A DNA stretch of 64,000 nucleotides from Raja brachyura (taxonomy: Eukaryota), in assembly GCA_963514005.1 (NCBI GenBank), contig OY740821.1:14880001-14944000 (forward strand). The letters are read 5' to 3'. Positions within the stretch are counted from its first letter, which is position 1. Each line of letters begins with the position of its first letter. The notes below the pieces were generated by a model. The model saw only the letters and a program-made list of their open reading frames with translations. It searched no databases and was not told the origin of the DNA. This document shows positions 37,374-51,100 of this stretch, one piece after another. A program made the position numbers and the translations under genes.

Positions 37374-38923
37374 ATTCCTTCTCTCCAGAGATGCTAACTG
37401 TCCCACTGAGTTACTCCAGCTTTGTGTCTATCTTCGGTTTAAACCAGCATTTGCAGTTCCTTCCTACACACCAATGAATTTGTTAACTAGGTTTAAATTT
37501 CCCACCTATGCAGTGACATTTCCCTGTGACCTTTTAGTTTCTTCTGGGTGCTCTAGTTTTCTCCCACATCCCAAAGACATAACGTTTGGTAGGTTAATTG
37601 GCTGTCTTAAAATTACCCCAAATGTGTAGGTGAGTGGTAGAATCTGGGGAGGTGGGGGGAGTTGATGGGACCGTGGGGAGAAAAATATAGTGTTTATGGG
37701 TCAGTGTGGGCAGAGTGGGCTGAAGGGCCTGTTTCCATGCTGTATATATAGCTCTGACGCAATACTTCCAAGTCAGGATGATATGCAACTTGGGGGGAAA
37801 CCTGCAAAAGGTGGTGTGTGCCTACTTCCCTTTCAGGGGCCTGCCGAGATTGAGGTGGAGGAGGGGCAAGGAGATGATTTGCTGTCAAATCTGTGCTGCC
37901 TTGTGTCTGATATTTCCTTTATTCCCACACATGGTTCATTCACTTCTCTGACATTTGCTGCCCAGCACCAAGTGTGTGTAAATATGTCATTTCAACCCTG
38001 GGTCCAGTAGCCCAGTTAGCTTACCATACCAGCAGGACCTCCCTTTCGCTACCATGCCACACTTAGCCACGGAGATGACACAGGCACAGAGGGAAAGGAG
38101 GTTTTAAAAAAAAGCAAATGGCATGAGATAAAGGCAAATGAGGCAGGTAGCAATTTAAGGGGCAAATGGTGTGTGCAGATTGGCAGAGTAGGCAAGACTG
38201 ACATCCTTTCAGCCCTTGAGTTGAAATCCAGCCCCAGAAGCTGATGGAGCAAGTCTCTCATCTCTGCTGGGAAAAAGGAATGAGTTGAAGGAAGGAATTG
38301 AAGTCGGGTAGGGGGAGAGTGGAAATGGGAACCCAGACACAAAGCCACAGCTCATTAGTTTCCACATTTCATAGTGGAACTGCACCGTGCTGAAACTTGA
38401 GTTAAGGCACCCTTACTAAGACAGATCCTGTATTCAACCTATGCTACACCTGGAGCTGCTTCGCACTGTGACGGCCAGTCCCATCCCAACGCCAATCGAT
38501 CTGTCATGTTTGAGTGCTATTTTTTCTGAGCAATCCTCAGGACCTGTTCATTCAGCTGTAACTTGAGCCATCTCGCGGGGCAGACCTTTAGGTGACTCCC
38601 TGGGATTAAGAGTCCCAAGATGTCATAATTTCATGCGCAATTGCATTGGAATCATGTGATACTAGCAACAGGTGCTTAGCTTTAATGTTATTCTCTTTCC
38701 CTCTCATGTTCCCAACCCTGGCCCACTCATTCTCTTGTGTTGAAATTGCTCACATAATCTTAATTTCTCTCCCCTTCCACATTCTAACTTGTTCATTCTG
38801 TGTTTTATTTCTGCCTCCTGTTTCATCTTGTCTCTGGTCTGTCACTCTATTTTGCCCCCTCTCTCTTTCCACCTTGTATTCTCTCACCTTCCATCTTTTG
38901 CGCCCTCACCCCTCCCATTCCAG

Positions 38924-39116
38924 TGGCAGGCAATCTCCCTCACAGTGATTGAAAAGGTGCAGATAGCCGCAATCATCCTTGGCTCCCTCTTCCTAATTGC
39001 TAGCATCTCCTGGTTAATTTGGTCCTCCCTCAGTCCGTCGGCTAAGTGGCAGAGACAGGACCTGCTCTTCCAGATCTGTTACGGGATGTATGGCTTCATG
39101 GATGTCGTCTGTATAG
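38924..39116 (+). CDS. MARCHF9: MARCHF9 coding exon 3 (transmembrane helices)
   Basis: Polypyrimidine tract and cAG at 38922-38923. Encodes [67 protein letters not shown] at 39117, phase 1. Confidence 0.97.
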
Positions 39117-42100
39117 GTGAGCATCTCTGAATCAATGGTCAAATTGTAGATTGTGCTGTGGGCAGTGTCGTATGACAACCGAGATTCAATATGTCAGATT
39201 GCACAAACGATTAAAGTCAGGGTTCTAGCCTCTTAGACTAACTTGATGCACATCAGAAGCGTGGAACTGTTCACATTTCCTTGCCTCCTCTCCCAAGACT
39301 TACTGTGTCTTGCAAATCTTGTCTTCATTAGGTTTCAGGTTAGCTTGGCTGGTTTGCACTTTCACCCCTCAAGTCAGTAGGCTGTGGGTTCAAGCCCCAC
39401 TCTAGGACTTGAGCGCATTATCTACACTGTCCCTCCAATCGCAACATCATAGCTTCTGTCTGTTTCACAGGAGGCATTATATACTTGCCCCAAGACAATA
39501 ATGATGCACTCTTGCAAGTAGGGCAGGGAATGTTCCCTATATCCTGATGAACATTCATCTCTTGCAACAACACGTAGGCTGGCCATTCATTTTATTGCTG
39601 TTTGTTTGATCTTGCTGTGCGCAAATTGCCTGCTGCATTTGGCTCTGTAACAGTGACTCAACTCTCAAAGCAATACATTCAATGAGATGTTTCTGAGCAA
39701 TGTGATGAGGCGCTATAAAATTGCAAGTCTGCCATTTCTTGTCTGCTGCCTGGTTCCCATCTCTGGCTTGAATGGCATCATTCTATAAATTCACAAATTT
39801 TGTCTTATTTGGGCCAAACCTTCCTCATTTTTACTGAGCATGTGCAGAAAGGTCTCAAGACATCCTGGGAGTGGTGCTGCTCCCCCCCCCAGTTGGGTTG
39901 TATCTATGGAGTGAGGCAAAACTTCCATGATGTTCTTTATCAATTGAGTGGACTCAATGGGCTCGCTTTATGACCCACTGATCAATCAGCAACATTAAAC
40001 AGGTTCTGCAGTTAGAGTCTGCCCAAAGACGTTTGTGATGTTTTATTCTTTATGTCCAGTAAGATTTATATACAAAGTGATGTTTGTGGGCTGTACAATG
40101 CTAACCACAGTTTTACAGAGATTACAAAACTGCAATCTGGGAGCACATATCCCACTCAGTCTGTAATGACCCTGACCTACGCTCTTAGTGACACCAGTGG
40201 CTGGGGAACCTTCTCTTCCTGCTCCATCGCTGCAACCTGCCACTTGTCAGCCAAGTCAGTATTGAATGTTCCAGTGGAAGAGGTAACACTTTGGCTCCAG
40301 AGGTTACAATTCCACCGGGGCTAGGGGCTATTAACACAGAAGTGATGGAATCCTCAGGTCACAGGACCAGAATGCCAGTGAGGCAGGGCATGTTGCTCGT
40401 GGTAAGTCAGAGAACACATTGTCTAATAATGCAACATAATACTCTGGAGCATATCAGAAGGCACTGTACAAGATGCCCCCTAATAAAGGTAAATTTTCTT
40501 TTAGGAAGGCTTTCCTGGTGGTTTTCTGATACTCTGTTTAATGTCACCTCTCCTTCTGAGGCTTCAAGATGTATTCAAACCAGGAAATAACAACTCTCAT
40601 TTGAATAATGTTCTTAACATAGCAAGAATCTTTCCAGAAGGATATCAAATAAAATTTGACACCAGGAACATATGAGGCCTGGTTTGACAGAAAGAGTACA
40701 GTGAAAGCCACCTAGAGCTGCGTCAGGAAGGCTATGCTTCAGTCTGGGCCCATTCTTAGATGGGCCGCATTGCACTGTCAGTTCGTCACAAGATTATGAC
40801 TAGAGTGACTGTTAATCTCCACGGATGCATGAGGGCCATGCATTGAGACACCATGCTTCGCTACAAGACCATACATATTACCATCAATGCCTTACATTTA
40901 TATAACAGGAAAGGTCCCAAAATTCTTCTCATGAGAATAACATGACACTGAATCCACATTTTAGGACAAGAGACCAAAGGCCAGGTGAAAGAAGTAGGTT
41001 TTGTGAAGCATTGTAGAGGAGGGAATTCCAGAACCTTGGGAGAACTCCAACTGTTATTCCTTCCGCCCGTGGAACACTCTCCTAAATAGTGTCAACACCT
41101 GGAACACTGTACTTGGTTTGCATGGTCAAGAGCTGCCTATTGCTGGTTTACATGAGACTTTCAAAAGGTACAATTGGCATCTCCTCCCCCAGATGGTGTC
41201 CACTCCTGACCATTCCAAGGACCATCCCCCATGCTCTGAATGCTGTCTTTGTTGGAGCTTCCCTTTAACTACATCTCCTCCAGGTAGAACATATATGTTG
41301 TGGAAATTAGATTTACTGGAAATCAGAGATTTTTAAGAATTTTCAAAAAATTACCTGAGACATGGGGACGTCAGCATTAATTTTCCATTCCTAGTTGCCC
41401 TAGAGTCACAGATAGCCCAGACTTCATAAGGAGGGCAGATTTCCATCCCTGAAGAACATTAGTGAACCAGATAGGTTTTTACAACAATCCTGTAGTGTCA
41501 TGATTGATATACTTATATTAGCTTATTGCCCTTTAAATTTCAGATTAATGTAATTACCTAAATTAAATTCCCCATTCAAAGTAGTGGGATCTAAACTTGT
41601 GTCACTAGATCAATGGGCTAAACCTCTCATTGTTAATCTAGTCATTTAAACCACTGCTTCCATACCACTAGCAACTAGGGCAAAGGAGCATTGGGAATTT
41701 CCAAGTAAATCAATTATGTGGAATTGTCTGTAGAATTTTCTCAACGGGCTTCTGTTTTGCCCTTTTAAATTATCAAAAAAAAACCTTGTTTCTAATTTTG
41801 AAGGCTGACCTCCAGTTTAAATAGCCTTAAGTTAAGTCGCCATACCTGTCTGACCTTTCCCAGCGGGAGTTTGTCTGCTGAACACAATGCTTCAAATTAG
41901 TCAGGAAACTACTTTTCAGTGGAAGCAACAAAGAATATCTGAAAAAAGAGATTCAGCACATCAAAGCTCATTCCCTTACATCTGAATTTTTTCAGGATCA
42001 TATTGAGATACATTTTAAATGTTTTAGCCTTCATTTTTATTGAAGGGTACAGAAGTCCTCTTTGAAAAAAGGAAGATGAAACTGGCTCAGCGGTAGAGTT

Positions 42101-42204
42101 GCTGCCTCACAGCACCAGAGACCCAGGTTCGATCCCGACGATAGGTGCTTTACTATACGGAGTGGGTTTTCTCCGGATGCTCTGGTTTCCACCCACACTC
42201 CAAA

Positions 42205-42840
42205 GGGATATTCGCCATTTTGTGTCGAGATCTGGACTGAGAGTGTAGTGAGCAGATAGCCAATATAAAGAGGTGAGGGGGAGGAGTGAGGCCGGATGCT
42301 AAAAGAGGCCAGTGGGGGATGATGGGCAGCTGGAGCCAGGTGGGAATTCTGGAAAATGGTAAACATGGAAAAGGAGAACAAAGGGAGAGAGTACTAAGGT
42401 GGACCAGCAGGAGTGGGACCAAAACACTGGGGATGTGGGAAGGACACAAAGTGCTCGAGTAAGTCAGTGGGTAACCCCAGCACTCCGTGTTATAAACCAG
42501 CATCTGCAGTTCCCTCCTAACACTAAGCATGTGGGAAATTTGGAATAGTAAAATCCACTGTTCATTCTATTGGGATGTATGCTAGGCTACCCAAGTGGAA
42601 TATTAGATGCTGTTCTTATAGTTTGCATTTGGCCTCATTGTTGTAGTGGAGTAGGTTGAGGAGAGAGAGGGCAATATGGGAATGGGAAGAGGAGTTGAAA
42701 TGGTATGCAACCAGGAGGTCAGGATAGTTATTGAGGGCAGAGCACATATGCTCTGCAAAATAGTCACCTTCTCAGCTCTCGGTCTCGCCAATGTAGAGGA
42801 GGCTACACCAAGAGCACCAAATGCAATAGATGAGGTTGGC
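42205..42840 (-). mobile_element. Degenerate Penelope-like GIY-YIG and 3' fragment
   Basis: Diverged similarity to 23300-23600 (GGTCTCGCCAATGTAGAGG, GATGCTGTTC, GCATTTGGCCTCA). Confidence 0.65.
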
Positions 42841-43699
42841 AGCTTTAAAACTCCAGTCTGGAAGCTGAGCCGAGGATTAGACCAGGATTCAGACATTCGG
42901 GTTAATGTAACACTACATCTCACAAAGTACAAAATGGAATTCATCTTACTCCACTGAAGCAATAGGAGGGTGATGATTTTATAACAGCTGACACTCTTAT
43001 GTTCTGCACGGAATAAAGGGCAAGGATTTTATTACTCGCTCATCTTCCAGGGCCAAGTAAAAATTGTCAGTAAGTGATAATTCACCCATCTTTTTATAGC
43101 GATCACCCCCCCGGCACTGTAATGCCCCATGGTTTATAACTCGCCATCCATTGGAGAGGGAATCACTACCTGAAACGGAGCAATGATCAGTTAGAAATGA
43201 GCCAGCTAGAAAGGGAGCCAACGCCAGCAGTGCCTTTTCAAGACTGCGGTGCTTGGTGACTCAGTGAAGAAGCCCTGGGGTCCCTTCAGCTAATGTTGCA
43301 GACCCAAGCACTCTAGAAGTGAAAACCCTCTGGGTGGGTGCAAATTATACCATCAAGTGTGTTTTAATTTTTCATTCCCTATATGGCAGCATGCTCCAGC
43401 TTCCTCTCAGTCAAATAATGAGAGCCACATTTTTGTAATTTGTGCCAGGATTCCTCAACTCCTTTCAAACACATGCTAAATGTGAGATGGCTGCTCCCTT
43501 AATTGAATTGGCCTCGTAGAATAAAGATCTGGACTACTGTATTTAGACTGTGCCTCTGAAGGCCTATAATGTGCCATGTTAAATAGACATCTCGTTTATA
43601 GTGAAGTGCTGTTACTTGACATAGGCTCAACTTTATTTAACCTTACTTAACAAACTGCTGCAGGGCCAATTGCAGCACCACCCTCTGCTTAAAAAAACA

Positions 43700-43847
43700 A
43701 AATGCATAAATATGGCCTTTAATAAAATCTGACAATGTGCACTTTAACCACATGTGATTTTTTTTCTATTACAAATCTCAAATTGTGGAGTACAGAGGCA
43801 AATAAATAAATGATGGGTCTTTGTCCCAAACATTATGGAGGGCACTG
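43700..43847. mobile_element. Tc1/mariner terminal fragment
   Basis: Ends GTCCCAAACATTATGGAGGGCACTG, the reverse complement of a CAGTGCCCTCCATAATG-type Tc1 TIR. Confidence 0.65.
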
Positions 43848-44304
43848 CATCTCCCTCAATTGTTCGGAGGTCTTTACTACTCTCCCAGCAGTGTGATTGC
43901 CTATTTTTTTGTTAATTGAAACCATGTAGCCTATTTGATGATCTTGTAACATATCATGTCTTCTACTATTGTAACCTTTTTGAAGTCAAAATTGCCCCAT
44001 CCCCCTCTTTTTCATCCCCTTTCCTATTCCATCTGGGTTAAGCCATCCTGAGCTAAGAATACCTTATTCGTTCAGCTTAAAGAGTCATGTAAGGAGAAGT
44101 GTCCAGAATGGTGGCCCAATCTGGATTCGAATGATAGTGGAGGTCAAAATTAATGATTCGGCTTATGGTCAGAAGCAGAGCTAGGCTTTCTGCCAGAGCC
44201 TAGAGACAATTCAATAAATGCCCTGATATATTAACTATTGCTCAATGGTGATAACATGATGTGCAGGGTTTTTGAGCTTAACAGTTCACATGCTCTTTTG
44301 CCAG

Positions 44305-44627
44305 GCCTCATCATTCACGAGGGATCGTCTGTGTACCGAATCTTTAAGCGCTGGCAGGCTGTGAATCAACAGTGGAAGGTGCTGAACTATGAAAAAGCCA
44401 AGGACCTTGGGGAAGCCATTAGTGGGACAAGCAAGATAGGGGGAAGGAATTCACGGACGAACCACTCGTCAAACAATGACAGGAGTTCCAATCAGCGCAC
44501 TGGAACTATTTTGAATCATCACTGTGGATATACCATCCTGCACATTCTCAGCTATCTGAGACCGAGCAACCATCAGAACAGTAACAACACAAACAGAGAG
44601 CTGGTCATGCGAGTTACAACTGTCTGA
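44305..44627 (+). CDS. MARCHF9: MARCHF9 coding exon 4 (C-terminal tail ending in the PDZ-binding-type motif VTTV)
   Basis: cAG at 44303-44304, phase matches exon 3. Encodes GLIIHEGSSVYRIFKRWQAVNQQWKVLNY...CGYTILH...RELVMRVTTV*. Joined CDS is 1065 nt = 354 aa. Confidence 0.96.
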
Positions 44628-45500
44628 GGTTAAATAAGAGAGACCACTCACTGAACCTCATTTAAAACAAAGACAACCAAAACTTTAAAAGTACATGCGA
44701 CAAAGCCAAGTACTGCTGGGGCTGTGAGAGTGAATTAAACTGAAGGCTCAGAATGGCAACAGCAGTGCAATGGGCCATGTTGGGCCTCAATCTCTACGTC
44801 TGGAGTCTGCCATCTTTATTGTTTTCTAAACCATTTTTAAAAAATAAACTCTTTCCTTAAACAAATTATGGGGGGGGAGGGTGTGGGTAGGGGGAGTGGA
44901 ACTGACTCGGAGAGGAATTGAACGCAAGATAGTTTGTTGAAAAATCAACCAAAAGAACAGCGGGCAATAACGAACGTCAGTTCCAAGATGCTGTGGGATT
45001 TTGGCAATAAGTTCCCTGTGTACTTCACCTTTAAGTTAATGCATGTCACTGTTTCTCTTGTCTCCTGTCTCGAATCAGGAGGCAATTAATTTATATGCAA
45101 ATGGTGGACGGCAAATAAATTTCTGTTTTTTTAGGAGTGTGTTTCGGAGAGCTGTAAATATAGATCTGTGAGGATTATTGGGATATCCTTTATACAGTCT
45201 CCCAACTCGGTACTATGGATTGTGTTCTAATGTACCTGTGGGAGTTTCTATCTTGTTCCAATAATGTCTATACTGATATGTAAATGAGCGTCCTATCTTG
45301 GTACTGTGAAGTGTATTTTAATATGTACAAGAGTGGCCTAACAAGGTACCGCAGAGTGCATTTGCATATATATAGGAGTGCCCTATCTTGGTTTCACAGA
45401 TTGCATAAATATCCAATAAATTCAAATTGGTACACCTCAAAGCAAATAATGTATTCTAATATGTGCAGGACACTTTTTATATATTAAAATACAATTCGGT
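44628..45500 (+). other. Probable MARCHF9 3' UTR
   Basis: Repeat-free AU-rich stretch after the stop codon. AATAAA near 44843, 45114 and 45415, ATTAAA at 45483, and a Pumilio-type TGTAAATA at 45153. Confidence 0.5.
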
Positions 45501-48018
45501 ATAAATTTCCTTTTTGTGTTGTTTTAACGTCTTGAACATGGCAGTAAATTTTCATCCTGACGTACGTTACCAATATCACACGACATCATTTGAATACCGA
45601 CGACCTCCTTGAGAAACATTCTGTCGGTGTTGACCTGGATTTTGGTTTTCCAATTATTTGATTTAGAGAGAAGCTTTTTTCAATGAAGGATGGTGGGCAG
45701 TGGAACGTAAAGTAAGTAAATAAGAATTTCATTGTTCTATCTGGGACATATGATAATAAAGCACTCTTGACTCTCTCTATTACAAAGCTAGAGCCTGACT
45801 TTGAGATGCAAGAAATAAAAGCTCAATGATATCTGGCAGATATTGCTGGACACCAGAGTTGATCTCCTAATTCGCTTGTTATTAACAGTAAGAGATCCTT
45901 TTCTCTGCTTCTCCACTCCCCAAAGCTAGAGGGAGAGGCTTTGCACAGTCGGGTGCCAAGTGGCCACTGGAGTGTTGGAGGTCTGTAGAAACTGGCAAAC
46001 ATAAGGACTTTGCAAGTGTTCAAGGGAATAGCCTCCAATGACTAAACCCACCCCTTTCCCTGAAGCAGAAATACATTTTACAGGTGGGCATGATGCAAGT
46101 TCAAGTGTGCAACCAGATATTTGATCTCAAACTATAAGGATGCTGACCATCATCAAAAATTGACATAATGATTTTCGTGCTGACTTGGAGACAACCAAGT
46201 GGAAAATAGGTTGAGAATAAACTGCTGGGAAATTATAAGTATAGGGCTCAGTAAGCGATCAATCCAACTCTCCACTGATGCCATTTAGTGAGAAAGCACT
46301 GAGTACCCTGGTCCCCTTCCTCTGCCAGTCACTCCATTGGTGGGTGTAATTATTTTCCTATTGATGTTGGAGAGCAGCGCTGACTTGTGCTCACGGGTCT
46401 GGACGTGTTAACTATCAGCCCTTGTTCAATCCACAATGTGGTCCCTGAAATGTGGGAGGTCAAGGCATGATCTGATGGAGGGGATTAAAGGGTTGGATAG
46501 ATTAGAGAGAAACATTCTTCAAGCAAGGGGAAAGGGGGTTAGGGGGAAGAAGAGTCAGGAAATACATTTTCCACACGGGAGTTGGAGATCTGCAAGTCCT
46601 TCTCCAAAGATAGATTATGGCTGAGGGGTCAATTGAAAATTTATGTTTCTTAACGGAGATCAGTCTGGTGCATATTGAAAGGATGCAGGAGAGAGACCGT
46701 CATTACATTAAAAGATACCTGGATGAGCACTTGGAGTGCCATACCTACAGGGCTCTGGACTGAGAGTTGGGAAGTGGGATTCAGCAGAATAGCTGTTTTT
46801 TTAGGTGGTTCCGTTTTTAAAAATAAACATTTCTCCTTCAACTGTTTCTTTCAAGCAACCCTTGCAGACCTCTTGAATCGGGAGAGTGCATCTGATTGCA
46901 CGGTGAAGCTCCCTTCTAGAGTTTAGGTATTGAACAAAGTGGCACACTTCTGTAATGCCTTTCACATCTCTTTATGGACATCACAAAGCACTTTCCAGCC
47001 AACAAACTGCTTCTTGATGCCATGCAAAGGGTGCAGCTGCCAATTTGTACAAAAGGTATTTTGATTCTAATTATTGACTGTATGTTCCAAGGTTGTGAAA
47101 GTTTATTTTTCATTTTGTCTTCCAGTTGTATCTATCATTGCAATCACAGGCCCACCCAATGGCTTGTGCTGAAATTTTAGTTTTATTTATTTGCAAGATG
47201 TGGGCAAATAGTGTCGAATGCAAGACCAGCATTTGTTGACTATCCCTAATTGCCCCCTGAGTAGATGGTGAACTGCTGCAGTCCTATTCCCACAGCGCTG
47301 CTGCTTGGGAGTTCCAGGATTTAGATCCAGCCAGATTGAAGGGATTTATTGGTTATTTATTTCTAAAAGAGAAATTGAGTTCTTCCTGGTGTCCTGGAGG
47401 CAATACTCATACCTTCATATGCATTACTAAAATAGATGATCTGTGAGATCATGCTTTGTGATTGGGCTGGCACCTTGCTGAGATTATTAAAGAAATGTAC
47501 TGCATTGGGTGTAAAGCACTTTGGAACATCCTGAAGGGATGTGAAAGGCACTATGGAAATACGTCTTTCTTTCCTCTTTGTCTTAAAAGTGGCAAGGGTA
47601 TTTTCCAAGTAAAAACATGGCATTGCTCTTTATTTGCTGCCTTCTTGGTGGGATGCAACATTATCTGACTTTTGTTCAAACTAACTGACAAATGGAGATT
47701 AAGGCCTTGTGCCTTTTCACAGCATGCAGTAACGCCCCATCATTGCTGTTCCTGATCCATAGCTTCATTGTAAGCAACCTTTGAGGCATGCTGTCATGGC
47801 AACATGACTGTCTTTTATGTTGCAGCAATCTTCAACGCTTTCACTGCCACCTGCAGTAACGAAAAGCCTGTGTTTTCAAAACAGATGTGGTTCCAAATTG
47901 AATTCTTTAGGCCCAGTATCTACCCACGTGATTATTTATTTCTATTTGCAGTGTACTTAGATCCTGAAATCTATCCATTTCTATTGCGATAAGCATTGTT
48001 GAGAAGTAAAGACAGGCT

Positions 48019-48179
48019 ATAAATAAAAGGTCCTCCGGGTTGGAGGTTGAGCACAGGGCTAACAACCCTGTCTCGTAAAACAAATATGTTACGGAAATAG
48101 CAACTGAAGGAATCAACAGGAGTGGAGGACCTTCGTTGCTGCCCTACATGCCAGGAGGCATAATAGGCAGTAAGTAAGT
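48019..48179 (+). mobile_element. Bipartite RTE-derived short element (RTE 5' UTR motif joined to an RTE 3' end)
   Basis: TSD AAGTAAAGACAGGCT at 48004-48018 and 48180-48194. 5' motif GGTCCTCCGGGTTGGAGGTTG...GGGCTAACAACCCTG...CGTAAAA. The 3' part encodes QEWRTFVAALHARRHNRQ*. (AGTA)n tail. Confidence 0.8.
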
Positions 48180-51100
48180 AAGTAAAGACAGGCTCTTTGA
48201 GAACATGATTTATATCAACTTTGTGAATTTTGTGTTTGAAATAAAAGTAATACAAAAACAGTGTATTAAGGGGAGGAAACCATGCAACTAATGAGATGTG
48301 GAATCTGCGTTGGTGCTGAAGCTGATTTTGTTGCGAACCCGAGTCTGGCGCTTTAAGGCAGCAACTCTACTGCTGCACCACTGCATTGTCAAGAGAGACA
48401 ATATCAAGAGATTATCAAACAGTCAGAGGAGCTGCGCTGAGGGAGCCTTGCACTATTGGAGAAGCTGTGCCGTGGGAGTGCTAGATGTCGGAGGGGCTGT
48501 ATGAACAGAGCACTGAACTTGCAAGGGGGGGGGGGGGGAGGAGTGCTACACTGTTGAGTTATTTTTCAGATGAGAAATTAAATCAAGATCCTAACCGCCC
48601 TTTTATGTGGATGCAATGGATCCTATTGTGACTCTTGAAGAGCAGGGGAAGTATCCTTGAGGGCAACACAGATCTCTTGCTCAACATCTGGTCATTATTA
48701 AGCTAATGTTTGTCACAGCTTGCTGCCACGTTTTTCAAATAACAACAGGGGCTGTATTTCATTGGCTGTAAAGTGCCCCAAGGTTGTGAAAGGCAGCAGA
48801 GAAATGCATGTAAGCACAAGGAACTGCAGGTGCTGGCATTTTGAGCAAAGCACAAAGTGCTGGAGGAACTCAGCGGATTAGGCAGCATCTGTGGAGGGAA
48901 TGCACAGACAACATTTCAGGTCAGCACCCTTCTTCAGATGAGGAGTGAAATGTAGAAACAAGAATGGATAGTGGGTAGAAGGGAACAGGGGGAAACAGTA
49001 AAATAGGGGATCTGTCAATTACCACCTCTTGCTTCACCCCTTCTCACCTCTTTTTCCCCCTCCACTCCATCAGTGTGAAGAAACGGCATCTCTCTAGAGA
49101 AATGCATGTCTTTTTCTTTCTCAGTCCTAGATTTTGCAACAGAGCAGGGTTGGAAGAACTGAGCCTCACGATTTAGTTACCCCGTAGTGCAGGCATCTTC
49201 ATCCAGTGAGGCCATACCATGCAGCCACAGAGCATCTTGATGTTTCCTTGCCTTTCCCCTATCAGTGTCAAAACTGAGGCATTTTCAAATTAAATTTCAA
49301 TCTAATAAAATCAAACTAGGAATAAATTAAACAAATATTGATTGTGCATGTGGGAATGTGACAGAAACTCTTGATCTGTAGTTTGTATAACAATGAATTA
49401 CCAATAACAACTGACTTTGCATGATTATAAAATGTCACTGGGCTTAACAGTTGGATTTCAGTCCCATGCCACCTTCAAGGCAGTTAATGATTTTATTCCC
49501 AGACAATAACTTCCACTTATGTAGCACTAGCAGCATACAATAGCTAATAAATCCCAAAATGTTTCATAGGAGTATCATCCAACAACATCTGATGTGGAGC
49601 CATATCAGGAGATGAAGAAGAGGAGATCAAAAATTAAGATATGTCTTGTAATGGGTGGAAAGATTGGGGGGGGGGGGGGGTGGGAGAGTTCCAAAGCTAG
49701 GGAGGCCCAGGCAGCCGAGGCAAAGGGCACCAGTGCTGAGAGTGTGCTGAACTGCCAGAGGTGCTGGTTTTCAAATTAATTAATTAATTAATAATTGTCA
49801 AGTCAAGAGAATTTATTGTCATGTGTCCCAGATAGGGCAATTAAATTCTTGCTTGCTGCAGCGCAACATAGTATTGTAAGCATAAATACAGAATGGTTCA
49901 GCGTGTCTATATTGCATAGACCATATATATGCACATAAATAAACAGATTTGACAAGTCACAGTGAAATTCTTTGCATCCAAGGTATGCAAATAGTCACCA
50001 CATAAAGCACTGACAAATCCTGCGGCAGGTCCTCCTTTGTTCTCCCTCTTCTCCCCCCCTCACGAGACTTTAATAGCTCAGATGGCATCATAGATAGCAT
50101 CACACGATTAAGAAGATGCGCAGAGGAGCACTCCCTGATGTGCTGTGACCAATATTTACCCTTCCTTTGCGATCATTAAACAACTCTCTGGAAATCATCT
50201 CAACCCCATGCTGATGTTTGTAAGCTCTTTCTGTGCACACATTGGCTGCCACATTTCCAACATTATAGCTGCACTTCAGAAAGGTAATTCATTGGTTGTG
50301 AAACATTTTGGTGTATTGTGAATGTAAGCCTTTCCTTATAATCTCCTGAATACCCAACACTAAAACAGAATTGCACTGAAAGCCTGGTGTGTTTAGTAGA
50401 AAGCCTGAGGGACCACATTCAATTCCAGCTGTTGCGGAGTTTATTTTTAAATGCTGTTTCCATTAATAATTATACTTAAGTATTAATGGTGCAGCATCCA
50501 ATTAATTTTGATGAAGTTTCACGGCAGGAACCTTCAGCTAATTGTTTTCCAAAGATATCTCAGAAAAATGTGTTTGTTTGAAAGCCATTATCACTCTGCA
50601 ATCAAAAAAGAAAGAGCTTGTATGTAGCCTCCTACTGAAGGTATCCAGGCATCCTGAAGCATATTGTATACAACAAATTCCTTTTTGCAACAGTTAGCAG
50701 GCAGATTTATCTCTTCATATTCATTTATGTGATGAGAGTGTCACAGGCAAGCCAGTATTTATTGTCCATTTCTAATTGCCCTTCAGAAAGTGATTCTTGA
50801 AATGCTGCAATCTTCGATGAAGGCTCTCCCACAGTGTTGCTGAGCTGGGAATAGAGAATTTAGACCCAGTGACAGTGAATAAATGGTGATATATTTTGCA
50901 GATCAGAATGCTGTGTGACTTGTCCTTCTTGCTGATAAAGGATTGCAGGTTCAGGAGGTGCCATGAAAGTAACCTCAGTGATTAACTGCATGTACAATTC
51001 ATAGATAGTATACATTGCAACCACGGTTCACTGGTGGTTGAGGGAATGAATACTTAGGCTGCTTGATGCTTGCGTGTTGCTTTATCCTGGATAGTATCAA

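Noticed and set aside
17083-44627. Assignment as MARCHF4 or MARCHF11
   Set aside because: The N-terminus, the [27 protein letters not shown] wording and the METTL1 linkage all fit MARCHF9 better.
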